NCBI GenBank assembly: GCA_048013815.1
Contig: CM106586.1
Span: 2,294,132-2,358,000 of the forward strand
Length of the DNA: 63,869 bases
Direction: 5' to 3'
Source: Setoptus koraiensis
Lineage: Eukaryota > Animalia > Arthropoda
In this document: positions 24,799-37,120 of the stretch, piece after piece
How positions within the stretch are numbered: the stretch's first letter is position 1
How the letters are laid out: each line of letters starts with the position of its first letter
The notes under the pieces: model-generated
What the model was told of the DNA's origin: nothing
The model's input: the letters and a program-made list of their open reading frames with translations, nothing else
Database searches by the model: none
Position numbers and translations under genes: made by a program

Positions 24799-27700
24799 AC
24801 ATGATGACGAATGCATCTAACGAACATAGAGCGTTTTAACTACTGGCGAACTATAGCTAACTAAAGAACCAATCAAGCAACCAAATAAGCGAACAATATA
24901 CATTCTCTGGCCAGCCATCAGCCATCAGGCAGCAACAACTGTGCTTCTACTGGGCTAGCTAGTCGCCAGTTGCAACTTGCCATTCGATAGCTGGCTGGCT
25001 GACTGACTGACTGGACAAAGCATAAATCTGTGGAAATCGCTGGAGCTACTCTTATTCCGATCGACGTTACAAGAGCTTGCTCGAATCTCAAGCCAACTAA
25101 CACTACCGCTCAAATTTACACTCTTTCGCTTGTTGTTGCCGGCGCTGTTGTTGTTGTTGGCGCTGCTGCTGTTTCTGTTGTGACCAGTTGTTGTTGAAAA
25201 AAAGATAGATAGTCAGAAATGGTTAGTTGAGGCTGCCAGTTGAGCCGTCTGGCCAGGTCAACTTGGGTCGTTAGCATCTCATATGATTCAATTGCCTAAT
25301 ACAACACAACACAACACAACACAACAGCAGACCTCATGTCAACGTAATTCCATCATAAACTATACTGTATATATACAGCGATCTCTATATGGATAGATCA
25401 TACCGAGATACTCATAGTGCACAATACTGAGTGTCAGCAAACCGATAGCTTTGGTCCAGTATCGAATGTCTCATATCAAATGTCCGATTGTTGTAAGAAC
25501 AAGTGGACAATATCACACGAGAATGACAACATAATTGTAATCTATTTGTTTGTGTGTCGGTGAGTGTGCCGATCAATTATTCAATGATCATCACTCACAA
25601 TTGTCAGCCTTATTGGATCAACCAAATTACCATTGGTAGCTGAATTGAGCCGGCTAAACAACCGAACAAACAACCACTCGATCAATATCAACTGTTTTTA
25701 GACAAAATGCCCATGTCATTCTGTCCACTTACCTGTGCTCACTCGCTCCGATACGCACAGCATCCGCTATTAAATATTTACAATATAATTAAGATACGAT
25801 ATTGAAAGAGATAAGGCCCAAGTCGGGTTTAAAGGCATGCATTTGTGCGCTGTTGTTTTGGTAGCTACAATGAAAGACAATGTGAGACAAAGAATACTTT
25901 TTCTTACCCAACATATGTAAAATTAGAGACTTGCTAATAGAATTACTGTGCTCTATAGGCTTGGCTTTACATGCCGAGTTTGTCGCAAAATAACAGATTT
26001 GTGTTCGGTTTTATTTCTTCGCAGCATCAATACGAAACGCACTTGTCCAAGTGTCACTCGAAGAGCAATAAATTCAGTATCATGTGTGTAGGTTACAATT
26101 ACACAAAGTGCTGCTCGGCTATAAGCTATCGCAATGCTAATCGCATCCGACAATTTGTGCATCCCCATCTACGCAAAGTGAATTGGTTAGTTTGATTAAA
26201 AATCAATCAGCAATGGTAACTGTACTTTTGCTTTTCATAATTTATTCCTCGCACAATTGCCAGAAAACAACAAGATTATGCGCAAATGTAGTTACAACGA
26301 GAAGCGTATTTTTAGATTTTAATCTAGATCTTAATCTAGTGGTAACAGATGCTGTTATTGAGTCATGTTTAGTTATTCAAGTAGAACGGTTCGATTTGTT
26401 AGGTTCCTCAGCACTTGCACAATGCAAGCACTACGAGACTGCCCATGGTCAGTTAGTTTGGTGTTTAAATCGGTTTGATTTGATTGTATGCAATTTTTGT
26501 ATCAGACTTTATCATGCTTTTGGCCTTCTCAGCGATTGCTGCATGCTCTCTTTGCTATCACAACACTATCGCTGTATCTTGTATCAACGGGTTAGTGATA
26601 GTGTGACCATAGTAGCAGTCTCACACTCTGCCATGGCGTCGTGATCAGCAGAAATAGACAGAGAATTGCAAATATTGAATGCTAACTAGCCAAGACAGAT
26701 CTGGTTTATATTGAATTATTGCTCTCAACAACCAATAGATTGCCTATAAAGGACCCACTGAATGTATGAAAAGAAAGCGAAAATCGTTATTATTATCATC
26801 TCTTTCTTTTTTGTCTAGAGTCTTGTTGTTGGTGACTCAACAATGAGGTATTGCCAAGGCCAATAAATTAGGTTTATTCAACTGATTGACAATTGTGAGT
26901 CTTTTCGTGTGATTAAACTCAGCTCGACTAATACGCTTTTCACTGTAGATTGTGTAGTTTAGAAAGAGACGGATGCTCACTTGTTATGTGCAATCACTGT
27001 CACGCACAGAAATACGGTCTTGGTGATTTGGGCATGTTTGCATTAGTGCGCATGTATGCTCATTCTGCACAACGTCTATCTATGCTAGCAAGCGTTCGGT
27101 TGTTGGCAATAAGGCGCACCTATGTTTGTTGTGCAATATTCATGCAATGTCTTTGTTTTATTCATGACAATATATAGTGCGTATATGTAAAGCGAACAAG
27201 CCAACATAACAACGCATTAATAGAATATGAAAACGCATGTAATTTATGCCCAAAAAGTTGTCGCTGTCAGCATTGGGATCTTACAGTTGTTAGAGTTAAG
27301 TTAGAGTAAAAACCCTGTACAGAGTTAAAGAGAGTCTAAAAGTCAGCGGCAGTGCGTATAAAATTGAGGTTTCTCTCCTGTCAGTTGTGTGTCATTTAAT
27401 TGTGCACTTGTTCTAGTATCAGCTGATACTGTTTGATCTTTCGCTCATGCGCACTAACAAATAAAATTGTAAATGCATCCAAAGTGTAGTGTTACAACAG
27501 CGAGTGTTTGCTGTGAGTGACACTGGCAAGCTCATCTGGTTTCCCTCTTTTTGAGTCTCATCTCATGTATGTTGAGATTTATTTGTTCCACTTCTGTTGT
27601 TATGTGTGCATTTTTCTTTCCCTCTCTATCTCTTCCCCCTGGAAAAGCAGAATCGACTGGGCATTGTTGTTTTTTTGTTAGGTGAAAAGGGGTTGAGGTT

Positions 27701-29916
27701 ATGATGGGAAAGGGGAAGAGAGGGGCTGCTAGTTACAAGAGAGCAACCTGTTCTGTTATTCCTATATTTCTAAACAACAAACTTATGTGTTCTGTTCTAT
27801 TCTGTTCTGTTCTGTTCTGTGCTCATCTATTCCGCTCACTACTGTTCTGTTCCGTTTCGTTTTACACTGTGCCGTTGTTTCGTGTAAGTGTATCAAAGTT
27901 GGTTAGCTATATGACAGTCATAGTGAATGTTTTAGTGTGAGCAGAGCCAAGAGACACACATTTGGATGGAGATAATTCCAACAAGATTCAATTGAATGTC
28001 TGGCTTATATTTCTATTGGCTAGATGCCGTCTTGCACACTGCATCTGACTGGGTAAGTTTGCTGTTGTTGTGCTTCTTTGATTGCGACTTTATTTGCGAC
28101 TTAACTCGCAACTAACAACAGAAGCACTAGTACTGGCAATCGCCATACCAAATGAATTGTAATAGCGAATATAATATAAAGAGGTTCATCATCCACTACA
28201 CAGCAACAACAGCAACAACAACAACAACGACAACAGCAACAACAACAACAACGACAACAGCAACAACAACAACGGCGGCGGTAACAACAGATAGATAGAC
28301 TAAGTATGGCGTTGGTTGGTAGTTGAATACTAGCCAATTGGTTGAGCACACTGAGCTACACGCAACTCAGTCAGTCAGTGTAGTTTGTGTCTCTGGCGAG
28401 TTGCATAGACGCCAAGCTAGTTAGCTAGACACTCGCCGATACACACAGCAACACACAAACACTCGGAGGGGAGTGTGTGTGTGTGTGTGTTGTTCGTCTA
28501 TTAGTTATCAACAAACAAATGATGAGCCTCAGTGCAACAACCGAACATCATTCTAATATATGTATGAGCATCAAGCTAACAAGCGAGCAACAACAACAAC
28601 TGCTATTACAACCACCAAAAACTGCATCGCATCACCGTTCGTCTCCATCAATAAGCAAATAAGTGAGATACACAAAAAGCGAGAGAGAGAGAGAGAGACC
28701 ATTGAGGTGCATGAGATAGACAGATAATAGAGTCGACGTGGTTGTTGCATATGTTGCAAATATATATTTTATTATCATTGTAATATTTTATCTGTCCAAA
28801 TCAACACACAGTCATGATTGTTGTCAGTTAGCTACAATTAACTATCACTATTTCCACTATTAAGCCAGCTAATTAATAATTTTTCTGTCAGCGTGTACGT
28901 GTTTTGTCCTCTCTCTTTCTCTCTCTCTCTCTCTCTCTTTCTGTTATTGGTGTGTCTCAATAGTTGTCAATAGTTTGCACCACTTTGCAAATGTCTAAAT
29001 GTTTGTTGCGCTTGTGTGTTTAACTTTGCGTTTCCAATGTAACTGCTCTCTCTCTCTCCCTATCTCGCTTGGTTGATGAGTAGTGATTGAATGCACAAAG
29101 AATTAACATTTATTAGTATTATCATTATTGTTATTATTATTATTGCAGCAACCACAAACTAATTTATTTATTTTCACTACAACTAAAGTTGATTATAAGT
29201 CGGGCTAGTCACTAGCTGGTAAATCATCAATTAAAATATATTAAATATTTTGATGAAAGTATAAAGTAGATATTGGCAGAGAGACAAGAGGAGAAAAAAG
29301 AACAAGAGCAAAAAGTGTAACAATCATCACTTATCTCATCTTGCTGACGACTGACAATTAACAAGACAGCCAGTTAACTAATAATAACTAAATAATGATC
29401 ACAAAATCATTGATTTGAAAGCAAGCACTTGTGCATTATTGAGACAGAGCAGAGCAGTAGTAACACGCATTAACAGAGATGTGCGCATGGATGATTAAAT
29501 TAGAAATCAATTAACACACAATCATATCCAGATCATCAATGATATCAATTGAAATAGTGATATAACTATAGTGATAATATTACCAAACATTACTATTGTA
29601 TTGTCTTTATCGAGTGAGTTATATTACATCTAGATGTTATATCTATATATTATTTTGTTAAATATATTGTAAATTATTTTGTACAATCGCTAAGCATTTG
29701 CATTGCTCGAAAGAGATTGCAAGTTAGAGTAAGTTACTCAGCAAATCAACACGTTGCAAACAAGCCTAATTTCATAATTACAAGATATCACAATTAAATG
29801 TAACATTCATTGAGCATTAATTAGATCAAGTTATTAATAAAAATCATGTTTTCTCACTATTTTCTTCTTGCAACACATCAATTGCCAATCAACAATTGTC
29901 AATTGTCAACTATCAG

Positions 29917-31326
29917 CGATTGCCCAAGACTTGTTCGAACAATCAACAAATCAGCAGCTCAAACTCTGTCAGACAAGACCAACAACAAAGTTGCTTTGAT
30001 AATGCATCATCATACAGAACAACTGATAATTGTCAACAACAAACAGGACAACAACAAATCAATTGGCGCAATCGCGACACGCAACAACAATCATCTCAAT
30101 CAAACAATCATCAAACATCTCCAAACCAAAACTTTCATCGACATAATCAATTAGATCACCGATCAGATGGTCCGTATCACCAGCAGCCACAGCAACAACA
30201 GCAACTACCACAAATATCAATGAATCATCATCAATTAGCGCCTTCTATGGAACAAAAGATGATGGGCCAGCATCATCGTGATCAATATGCTTTCTCAGAG
30301 GATACACACAATCAATATCCGCATCATCAAATGCAAAATAGTAATCTCATTATGAATCAGCAGCACGAACAACAACAACAACAACCACAACACATTAATG
30401 GTGGTGATGCACCAGTGCCGCAAACAAATAATTATAATAATAATTATATGCAACAACAAGCTAATTCACAAGTAAGATTAGCTAGATCTCAACAGTCAAT
30501 GCCATTAGTTTATTCTTCTGCTCCTTCCTTAACTGGCCACCATCAATCTCAGCGAATGGACGATAATGTTAATGTTTTAAATACTAATAATAATGTTTTG
30601 ATGAATCAACAGCAACAACAACCAAATAAATTGTATGGATCTCAGCAATCTCAGCAACATCTTCAGCAGCAGTCAGTGGTGGCACCTCCACCTCCGCATC
30701 CCCAACCACCACCACTACAACATCAGCAACTACAAAATAACCATACGATGCACCACCACCAACAACAACAACAACCACCACAACAACAACCCAAACCACA
30801 GCAGCACCAACAGGGATATGTTCAAAATTCTATGAATGAATTAGTGCAACACACAACAGCTAGCACGATGGATGACAACAATCTCGGACAACCTACACCA
30901 ATGCCTGACCCATCAATGCAACAACAATATATGATGCAACAACCAATGGTGCCACAACACAATCACCACCAGCAACAAACATTGAATGGTCTTAACAATC
31001 ATGCACATCTCAATCAACTATCAACTAATAATAAATTGAGCAATAATTATCATCAGCAGCAGCATCAAGTTCAACAACAGCTACAACCAAATCACGTCGG
31101 TTACGCTACTAATAATGCTGTTGGGCCAGTGAGGCAAACTCATCAACCTGTTAGAAACGTGCCCTACACACCAGCCAATCAGCATAGGTCACGACAGCAA
31201 CTGTCAATATCTAGACATCAGGCACCTCAGAATCAGGCACCGACAGGTCCATTTCCAACTGATCAACAGCAGATACCTAACCAACAAGTGATAGTTAATG
31301 CTTGTTCACCATTCGATCAAGATCAG
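29917..31326 (+). CDS. ZMIZ1: ZMIZ/tonalli-like, first visible coding exon (Q/N/H-rich); 5' boundary uncertain
   Basis: Open frame with codon-varied polyQ. Candidate acceptor atcag| at 29916, donor CAG|GTTAGT at 31327. Phase 0 joins the next exon in frame. Confidence 0.7.
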
Positions 31327-31497
31327 GTTAGTACATTTTCTTTCTTATCTTTAGTTGGTCAATTCAATCAGTTGGTTAATTCCGTTTCTAATAATTACTG
31401 AAACTAATTGAATACCTGCAATTTCAAATATATAATATATATATGCTTTTTTATTTGATTGATTCGTTGATAAACAAAAAACAAATACAACATTCAG

Positions 31498-33008
31498 TAT
31501 ACATCACCTTCACCCAATTTTATTCAGAGCAACACAACAAGTCAACCAATTAGAATTGGATCCCGTTCTAATCCATCGATGAATGTAACTTACCAACAGC
31601 AACAATCAATGTTGCAAACTGAATCTAATAATAATGGCAACGAACATCATCAATTTAATAATCAGCAACAATATGATCCACATTTAGATGGCACACAAGC
31701 AATACAACAGCAATCTTATGTGGTTAGTGAGCACTTGAACGTTAGTAATAATAGCAACCAATCATGCTTTGAAAACAATAACAATCTCAATGGACAGCAA
31801 CAGCAGCATATGACGCAATCTCATTATCAACCTTATCAGATGGTTGGCTCTCCAACAGTAGCTAGTCCAATTACGCATACTAATCAACAACAGCCAGTAG
31901 TGCCAGCTCAACATAATTCACATAATGCACAAGCACCACAAATGATGCCAGGAATGATACAACCACAACATTCTACTGGACATCATTATCGCACACAGCA
32001 ACAACAGTATCAACAACAACAACAACAACCACTGCAACCACAGAGGTTTCAAACAAATGCTAATAAGAATAGCATGATTAGAGTTGAGGGTCAACATTCT
32101 TCGCCATCGTCAATAAATAATCATCAACAACAGCATTCATATCGCATGAAAATGATGCAACAACAACAACAACATCAACCACCGCCACCATTGAATGGAC
32201 AATTACCAGTCCAGTCACCTGTTGAAACACAAGCACAAAAACAGCAAATGCAGACCAATTACGGTCAGCATCACCATATGTCACTTCAACAGCAACAACC
32301 TCAATCTCCTTTCAATGGTAGTAGCTTAATAAACAATCAATTGAATGGCCAAAGAGCTCAAACGCAAGGTAACGGTGGCTATTATTCACCTGTTAATAAC
32401 AGCAACAATGTGTCACAACCACCTATAACTACTAATCAGCAACCACCAATGATTGCATCAGCAGCCAACACTAATCAATCAGTGATACACCAATCTATAC
32501 CTGCAGAACAACAACAACAGCCACCAATGACCACTCATAATAATAATAATAATGTTGGTGCTGTGCACAATCAGCCACCATCATCTACAAATGGAATGAT
32601 CACTAATTATGGGACATCACCTGTCGTCAATATTAACCCACCAATACATCATCATCATCAACAACAACAGCAACAACACCACCAACACCAGCAGCAACAA
32701 CAACAACAGTATCAGCATAACCAGCAGCAAGCAACAGGCATTTATAACAGCGCCCACCAACAAATTAACTCTATGCAAACAAACAATCCAACAATCAATC
32801 AACAACATCATCAAGTAATAAGACCAAATAATAATATGATAAAAAGCACGAACAACCATTACATGAACAACAGCAACGGCAATAGTAATATTAATAACAG
32901 CAACAGTAATAGCAACCACCTTCATAATCATCCCAATCCTATTGGTAATCCAACGCCGCCATTAACTCCCACCTCAGGACCTCAACAACGTTTAGATCAT
33001 GTTAATGG
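31498..33008 (+). CDS. ZMIZ1: ZMIZ/tonalli-like exon (Q/N/H-rich, ending PTPPLTPTSG..)
   Basis: Acceptor ttcag|, donor GG|GTGAGT. The PTPPLTP motif precedes the conserved core in ZMIZ proteins. Confidence 0.85.
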
Positions 33009-34496
33009 GTGAGTAATATTGAGATTGACACGATGGAGGTGCACTAATAGACTGCAGATATATATAAACACTGGCCAACAAATCCATTTAGTCTAATAAT
33101 AATAATATTTAGTCTGCTAATAATTATGCGAGCATATATACGTGCATCGATTATACAGCAGTAATAAATATGCAAATGAGTGCAAATATGACGGTGTTTG
33201 TTTGTGTTTATGTACCTATGTTCTTTTTGGTAAATGCAATCATGTCATGTGATCGGACGATCATATGAATAATCACATTGAATAGATTAAACAGAAGAGA
33301 ATCTAGCTAGAATAGAAGCTCTATATTTGCTTAGACCACAAATTCGAATAGACATGACTGACTGGACTAAAGCATTTTCCTTGTATTATAAATAGTGGTA
33401 TAATAAGTTATGAGTATTCTATATTTTGCTAGAGATTCCACTCTATTATCAATATTATTACTACTAGTAGCTGTTGAAGTTACTAGTGTTCAGGTTGTTC
33501 TATTCGCAAATAACAACAACAATTATGTTGACAACATTTTTATTCAATCATTTGATCATGAGTAGTCTTTTATTTCAAAGTAATGATGTTGATAATCGTC
33601 AGACACAATACACAATCATCCCTTCTATACATGATGATTGCGTATGACTTAGGTAGCAACAAATAAATACCCACTATTCGTGACAAACAATCAGCACGGA
33701 GCTGCACTAAAAGTTACCTATTTCAATTTGACGAATCAAGCTGGCACTATGATGATGTTAGTTGTTGATGTTGTCATTTTCATGTTTCTGTTGTTATTTC
33801 TGTTGTTATTGCTGATGTTGTCATCGTCTAATAACTATAGGCTTCATCAAGTTATGAGTTGCTGTTCTTTGTTACTTTCATGTTGTACAAGGTCAATACT
33901 TATTATCTAAACTAGACAAACTTTTTCTCTGACTAACAAATTGAAAAGTGTGTTGATCTAGAACGAGTTTAGCGAGAGAGCGAGCGAGAGAAAGAGTGAG
34001 GACATCGTCAACAACAGTATTGCTACAAGAGTAATAACTTTGTTACTCTTACTGAGTGATTTGATGATTACTTAATAGAAAAGACAATATTTTCCTCATC
34101 TTTCTATCTATTTCCAGCCAACCGATAAATGTATAGATTTTGTTGTCTATATCTGTCAGCATGGTAATAATTGTTTTACTATAATAGGGTGGCTGGAATA
34201 AAATGAAAATTTCGGGTAAAAATTGCAGTTTATGATTATGTGAGTTTTAAAGAGCTAATGTATCGAGAGAATGCTGTACACATAGTGTTCTTCTTTGACT
34301 TCGATACAACAAGATGAGATAGGCTTATGATATGTCAAGCTGGTATAATTTTGAGATTTCAATGGATGCTTATGAATATTTGCAGCTTTATCGTTATATA
34401 CCTTAGAGGCTTATTATAAACTTGTGAACCCTTATCTAAATGATTTTTTCTCCAAATCACTTATTCAACTCTACTATGATCTACAAACTCATGCAG

Positions 34497-34947
34497 GTTG
34501 CCAAATCCAGTCATTCCAGCTGGTGCTTATTTGTCATCGCCAACTAGTATTAATGCCCAAAGACAAGGTGATATATTACAAAAGTCTTTAAGTAGTGAAC
34601 AATTTAAAGGTGATAATTTCGAGCCGACACTGGCCATTGTCAATGATATAATATTAGCTCCATTTAAATTGGACCACGAGGCTCAATATTCAAGTTTCGA
34701 GTTTCATTTGAGACCACAGATTTTTCAATTATTAAAAAACAACGGTCAAGATTATGAATTACAATTCAAAGCTTTTCCAGTTAATGATCCTAAATGTCAA
34801 ACTAATTGGCCGAATGGATTTGAATTAAGTGTCAATCATCAAATAATAGCACCGAGTAGTTATCAATCTAAAAAGCCATTAGATATTAAGACATACTGTT
34901 GCATTGGACAGAATTTGCTTGAATTAACTATCACAGCTTGTTGTTGC
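34497..34947 (+). CDS. ZMIZ1: ZMIZ/tonalli-like exon, conserved pre-RING region ending ITACCC
   Basis: Acceptor atgcag| restores phase 2. ILAPFKLDH, FHLRPQ, TNWP and ITACCC match ZMIZ; donor GTAAGT at 34948. Confidence 0.93.
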
Positions 34948-35064
34948 GTAAGTAGAGCTACTATGATCATATTAGATCATTGATCAAAACTCAAACAAAT
35001 AAAGACAAGCGTGACTAATATGTTTATTATTTATTCTTGTTACATGTAATCTGTTCATACAAAG

Positions 35065-35319
35065 TCGCACTTATTTAGCCTAGAATTTGTTGAAAGACGT
35101 AAAATTAAGTCGATGATGGCCAGAATTATCAGCCAAAATCAATTACCCAGAGACCATTTTATGCAAAGGATCAGGAGAGATTTTAATAGTTTCGCTTGCA
35201 AGAATCAGGATAATTCAGATGGTATAGAACAAACAGCGATCAAAATGACTTTGAAATGTCCGATCACAAAACAAAAAATTCAAGTGCCTGTACGCGGACA
35301 TGATTGCAAACATTTAACC
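35065..35319 (+). CDS. ZMIZ1: ZMIZ/tonalli-like exon, first half of the SP-RING (MIZ) finger
   Basis: SHLFSLEFV..DGIEQTAIKMTLKCPITKQKIQVPVRGHDCKHLT; donor GTAAGT at 35320. Confidence 0.93.
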
Positions 35320-35427
35320 GTAAGTATATTAGAATAATCGATTGAACATACTAATACAGTATAAGAACGTACTAATATAATCTAATTTTTCAACCAACTC
35401 TCTAAACCAACTATTCCATCCAATCAG

Positions 35428-36624
35428 TGTTTCGATTTAGAGCCCTATCTCATGTTGCACGGAGAGAAACCATCAAATGATTGGCGTTGTCCTATCTGTA
35501 ATACATTAGCACCTTATCACAGATTAGAAGTCGATAATTATATTAGATCAATTATTGAGAACAATAATTATTCGTTAGAAATGGATGATGTAATTATAGA
35601 TTCTAACGCGGCCTGGAAGCCCAGTTTTGTTAAGTCTAATCAATTAAACAGCAATAGCTTATTGGCTAGTAGAGGAAATACACCACAGCAACGCCAACAG
35701 GCGGTTAAACAAACAAGTGCAAACAATAGGCAACCAAACACTGTATCCAATTCCAACAATACCTTGACACAGAGTATTGGATCGCCTGCTTTTAGCACCC
35801 ACAATAACATTTGTTTGCCAGTGTTAAGCACTAAACAACCGCCAACGAATAACACTAGTGGATATATTTATGATCCATTACTAGATCGTTCCGATGCAAG
35901 TATCAACAAATCTTGCGATGGTTTAGATCCATTAACAGCCATGGAAAGATCTTTGATGCAACACGAACAACAGATGGGACCACCATTCATTGGCAGCAAC
36001 TTGATGGAGCCAGTAAACCAAGCAACTGCAACCACAACAACATCGACTAACCCAGATAACAACAATTCAATTCAACAATCAGTTACTCCTGTCACAACAG
36101 TGCCAGTTACTCCCATTATAGCGGCACCTGTCACTATAACAAGGAGTTGTACATCAACACCAGCAACTCCATCCTCAACAATACTAGCAAATTGTGGACC
36201 AGAAACACCCGCAACACCTAGCAATTCTGGCAGTCAGCATTGTGGACCACCATCTGTTTCAGGAACTAGTCTACCCTGCACAACAACATCTTCTTCAACG
36301 TCATCGTCATCTGCTTCGCTATCATCGTTATTAGATAATCAGCAACATTCTAATGGGCTATCATCATCTTCATCGTCTTCGTCTTCCATTCAACAAGATA
36401 ATATAATTCATTCTAATCAACAGAATTTCTCAAATAATCAACAAAACCACCAGAACAGAAATGGCGATGATAATTCTCAATTGTCGACTGAACATGATCA
36501 ATTTGTAGTTGATAATAATAATACTAGGTCCAACAGTAGTCGATCGAATGTCACCAACAATGATAAAATTAACAATAATAATGAACACGACCCCAACGAA
36601 CAAAGAGAGCCCGATCCATTGGAT
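35428..36624 (+). CDS. ZMIZ1: ZMIZ/tonalli-like exon, second half of the SP-RING plus low-complexity tail
   Basis: CFDLEPYL..WRCPIC..LEVDNYI; acceptor atcag|, donor GTAAGT at 36625. Confidence 0.93.
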
Positions 36625-36727
36625 GTAAGTGAATGAAATTTCGCGTTATCGTTACTATAATGATTGAGTGCTAATTTTTTCATCTTTTATTAACTCTCCT
36701 TTGATTTGTTTCGTTTATCTGTTACAG

Positions 36728-36847
36728 TTGATGCAAGATGATGGAGTGGATCAGTTGGAATTACTAGACTATCTCAACTCGTCTGATGTTACAGGAAACT
36801 CATCATCCACACCAGATGATGCTATATTGGATCTTTTCAACAACTAG
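36728..36847 (+). CDS. ZMIZ1: ZMIZ/tonalli-like terminal exon
   Basis: Not in the ORF track. Acceptor ttacag|, reads LMQDDGVDQLELLDYLNSSD..DDAILDLFNN*, matching the recalled ZMIZ C-terminus ELLSYL..DDLLSLFENN. Confidence 0.88.
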   Translation: MMQDDGVDQLELLDYLNSSDVTGNSSSTPDDAILDLFNN

Positions 36848-36889
36848 TCAAATATAATAGGGTATCACCTGAAAGCACTGATTTATGTA

Positions 36890-37010
36890 TCAACTTTGTC
36901 CATAGGTTAATACTTGGGAGCAGATCTCACAAACTCTCACAGGTTTTTTAATTTTGAATTTTGTTATCAGTAATTCCTTTGGGGAGCACTTTGCACAAAG
37001 TATTCGGCCA
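36890..37010 (-). CDS. ANKFY1: ANKFY1-like terminal exon, second half of the FYVE finger
   Basis: Not in the ORF track. Acceptor ttttag|, reads (C)GRILCAKCSPKELLITKFKIKKPVRVCEICSQVLTYGQS*. Confidence 0.92.
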
Positions 37011-37120
37011 CTAAAAATGTCAATAATGAAATAAATATATCGTTAATTGTTAGTAAAACTGATTTGTCACATTAACCAAGATTAATTAATGTATACGTGA
37101 CATCATTGAGTGATACTAAC

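Noticed and set aside
24190-24839. PolyL, polyC, polyQ, polyN and RNE/RSF ORFs
   Set aside because: Microsatellite artefacts.
25971-26644. ORFs considered as the missing Zmiz1 N-terminal exon (LLGYKL, DFNLDL)
   Set aside because: Only 3-5 residue resemblances in different frames, with no consistent splice sites.
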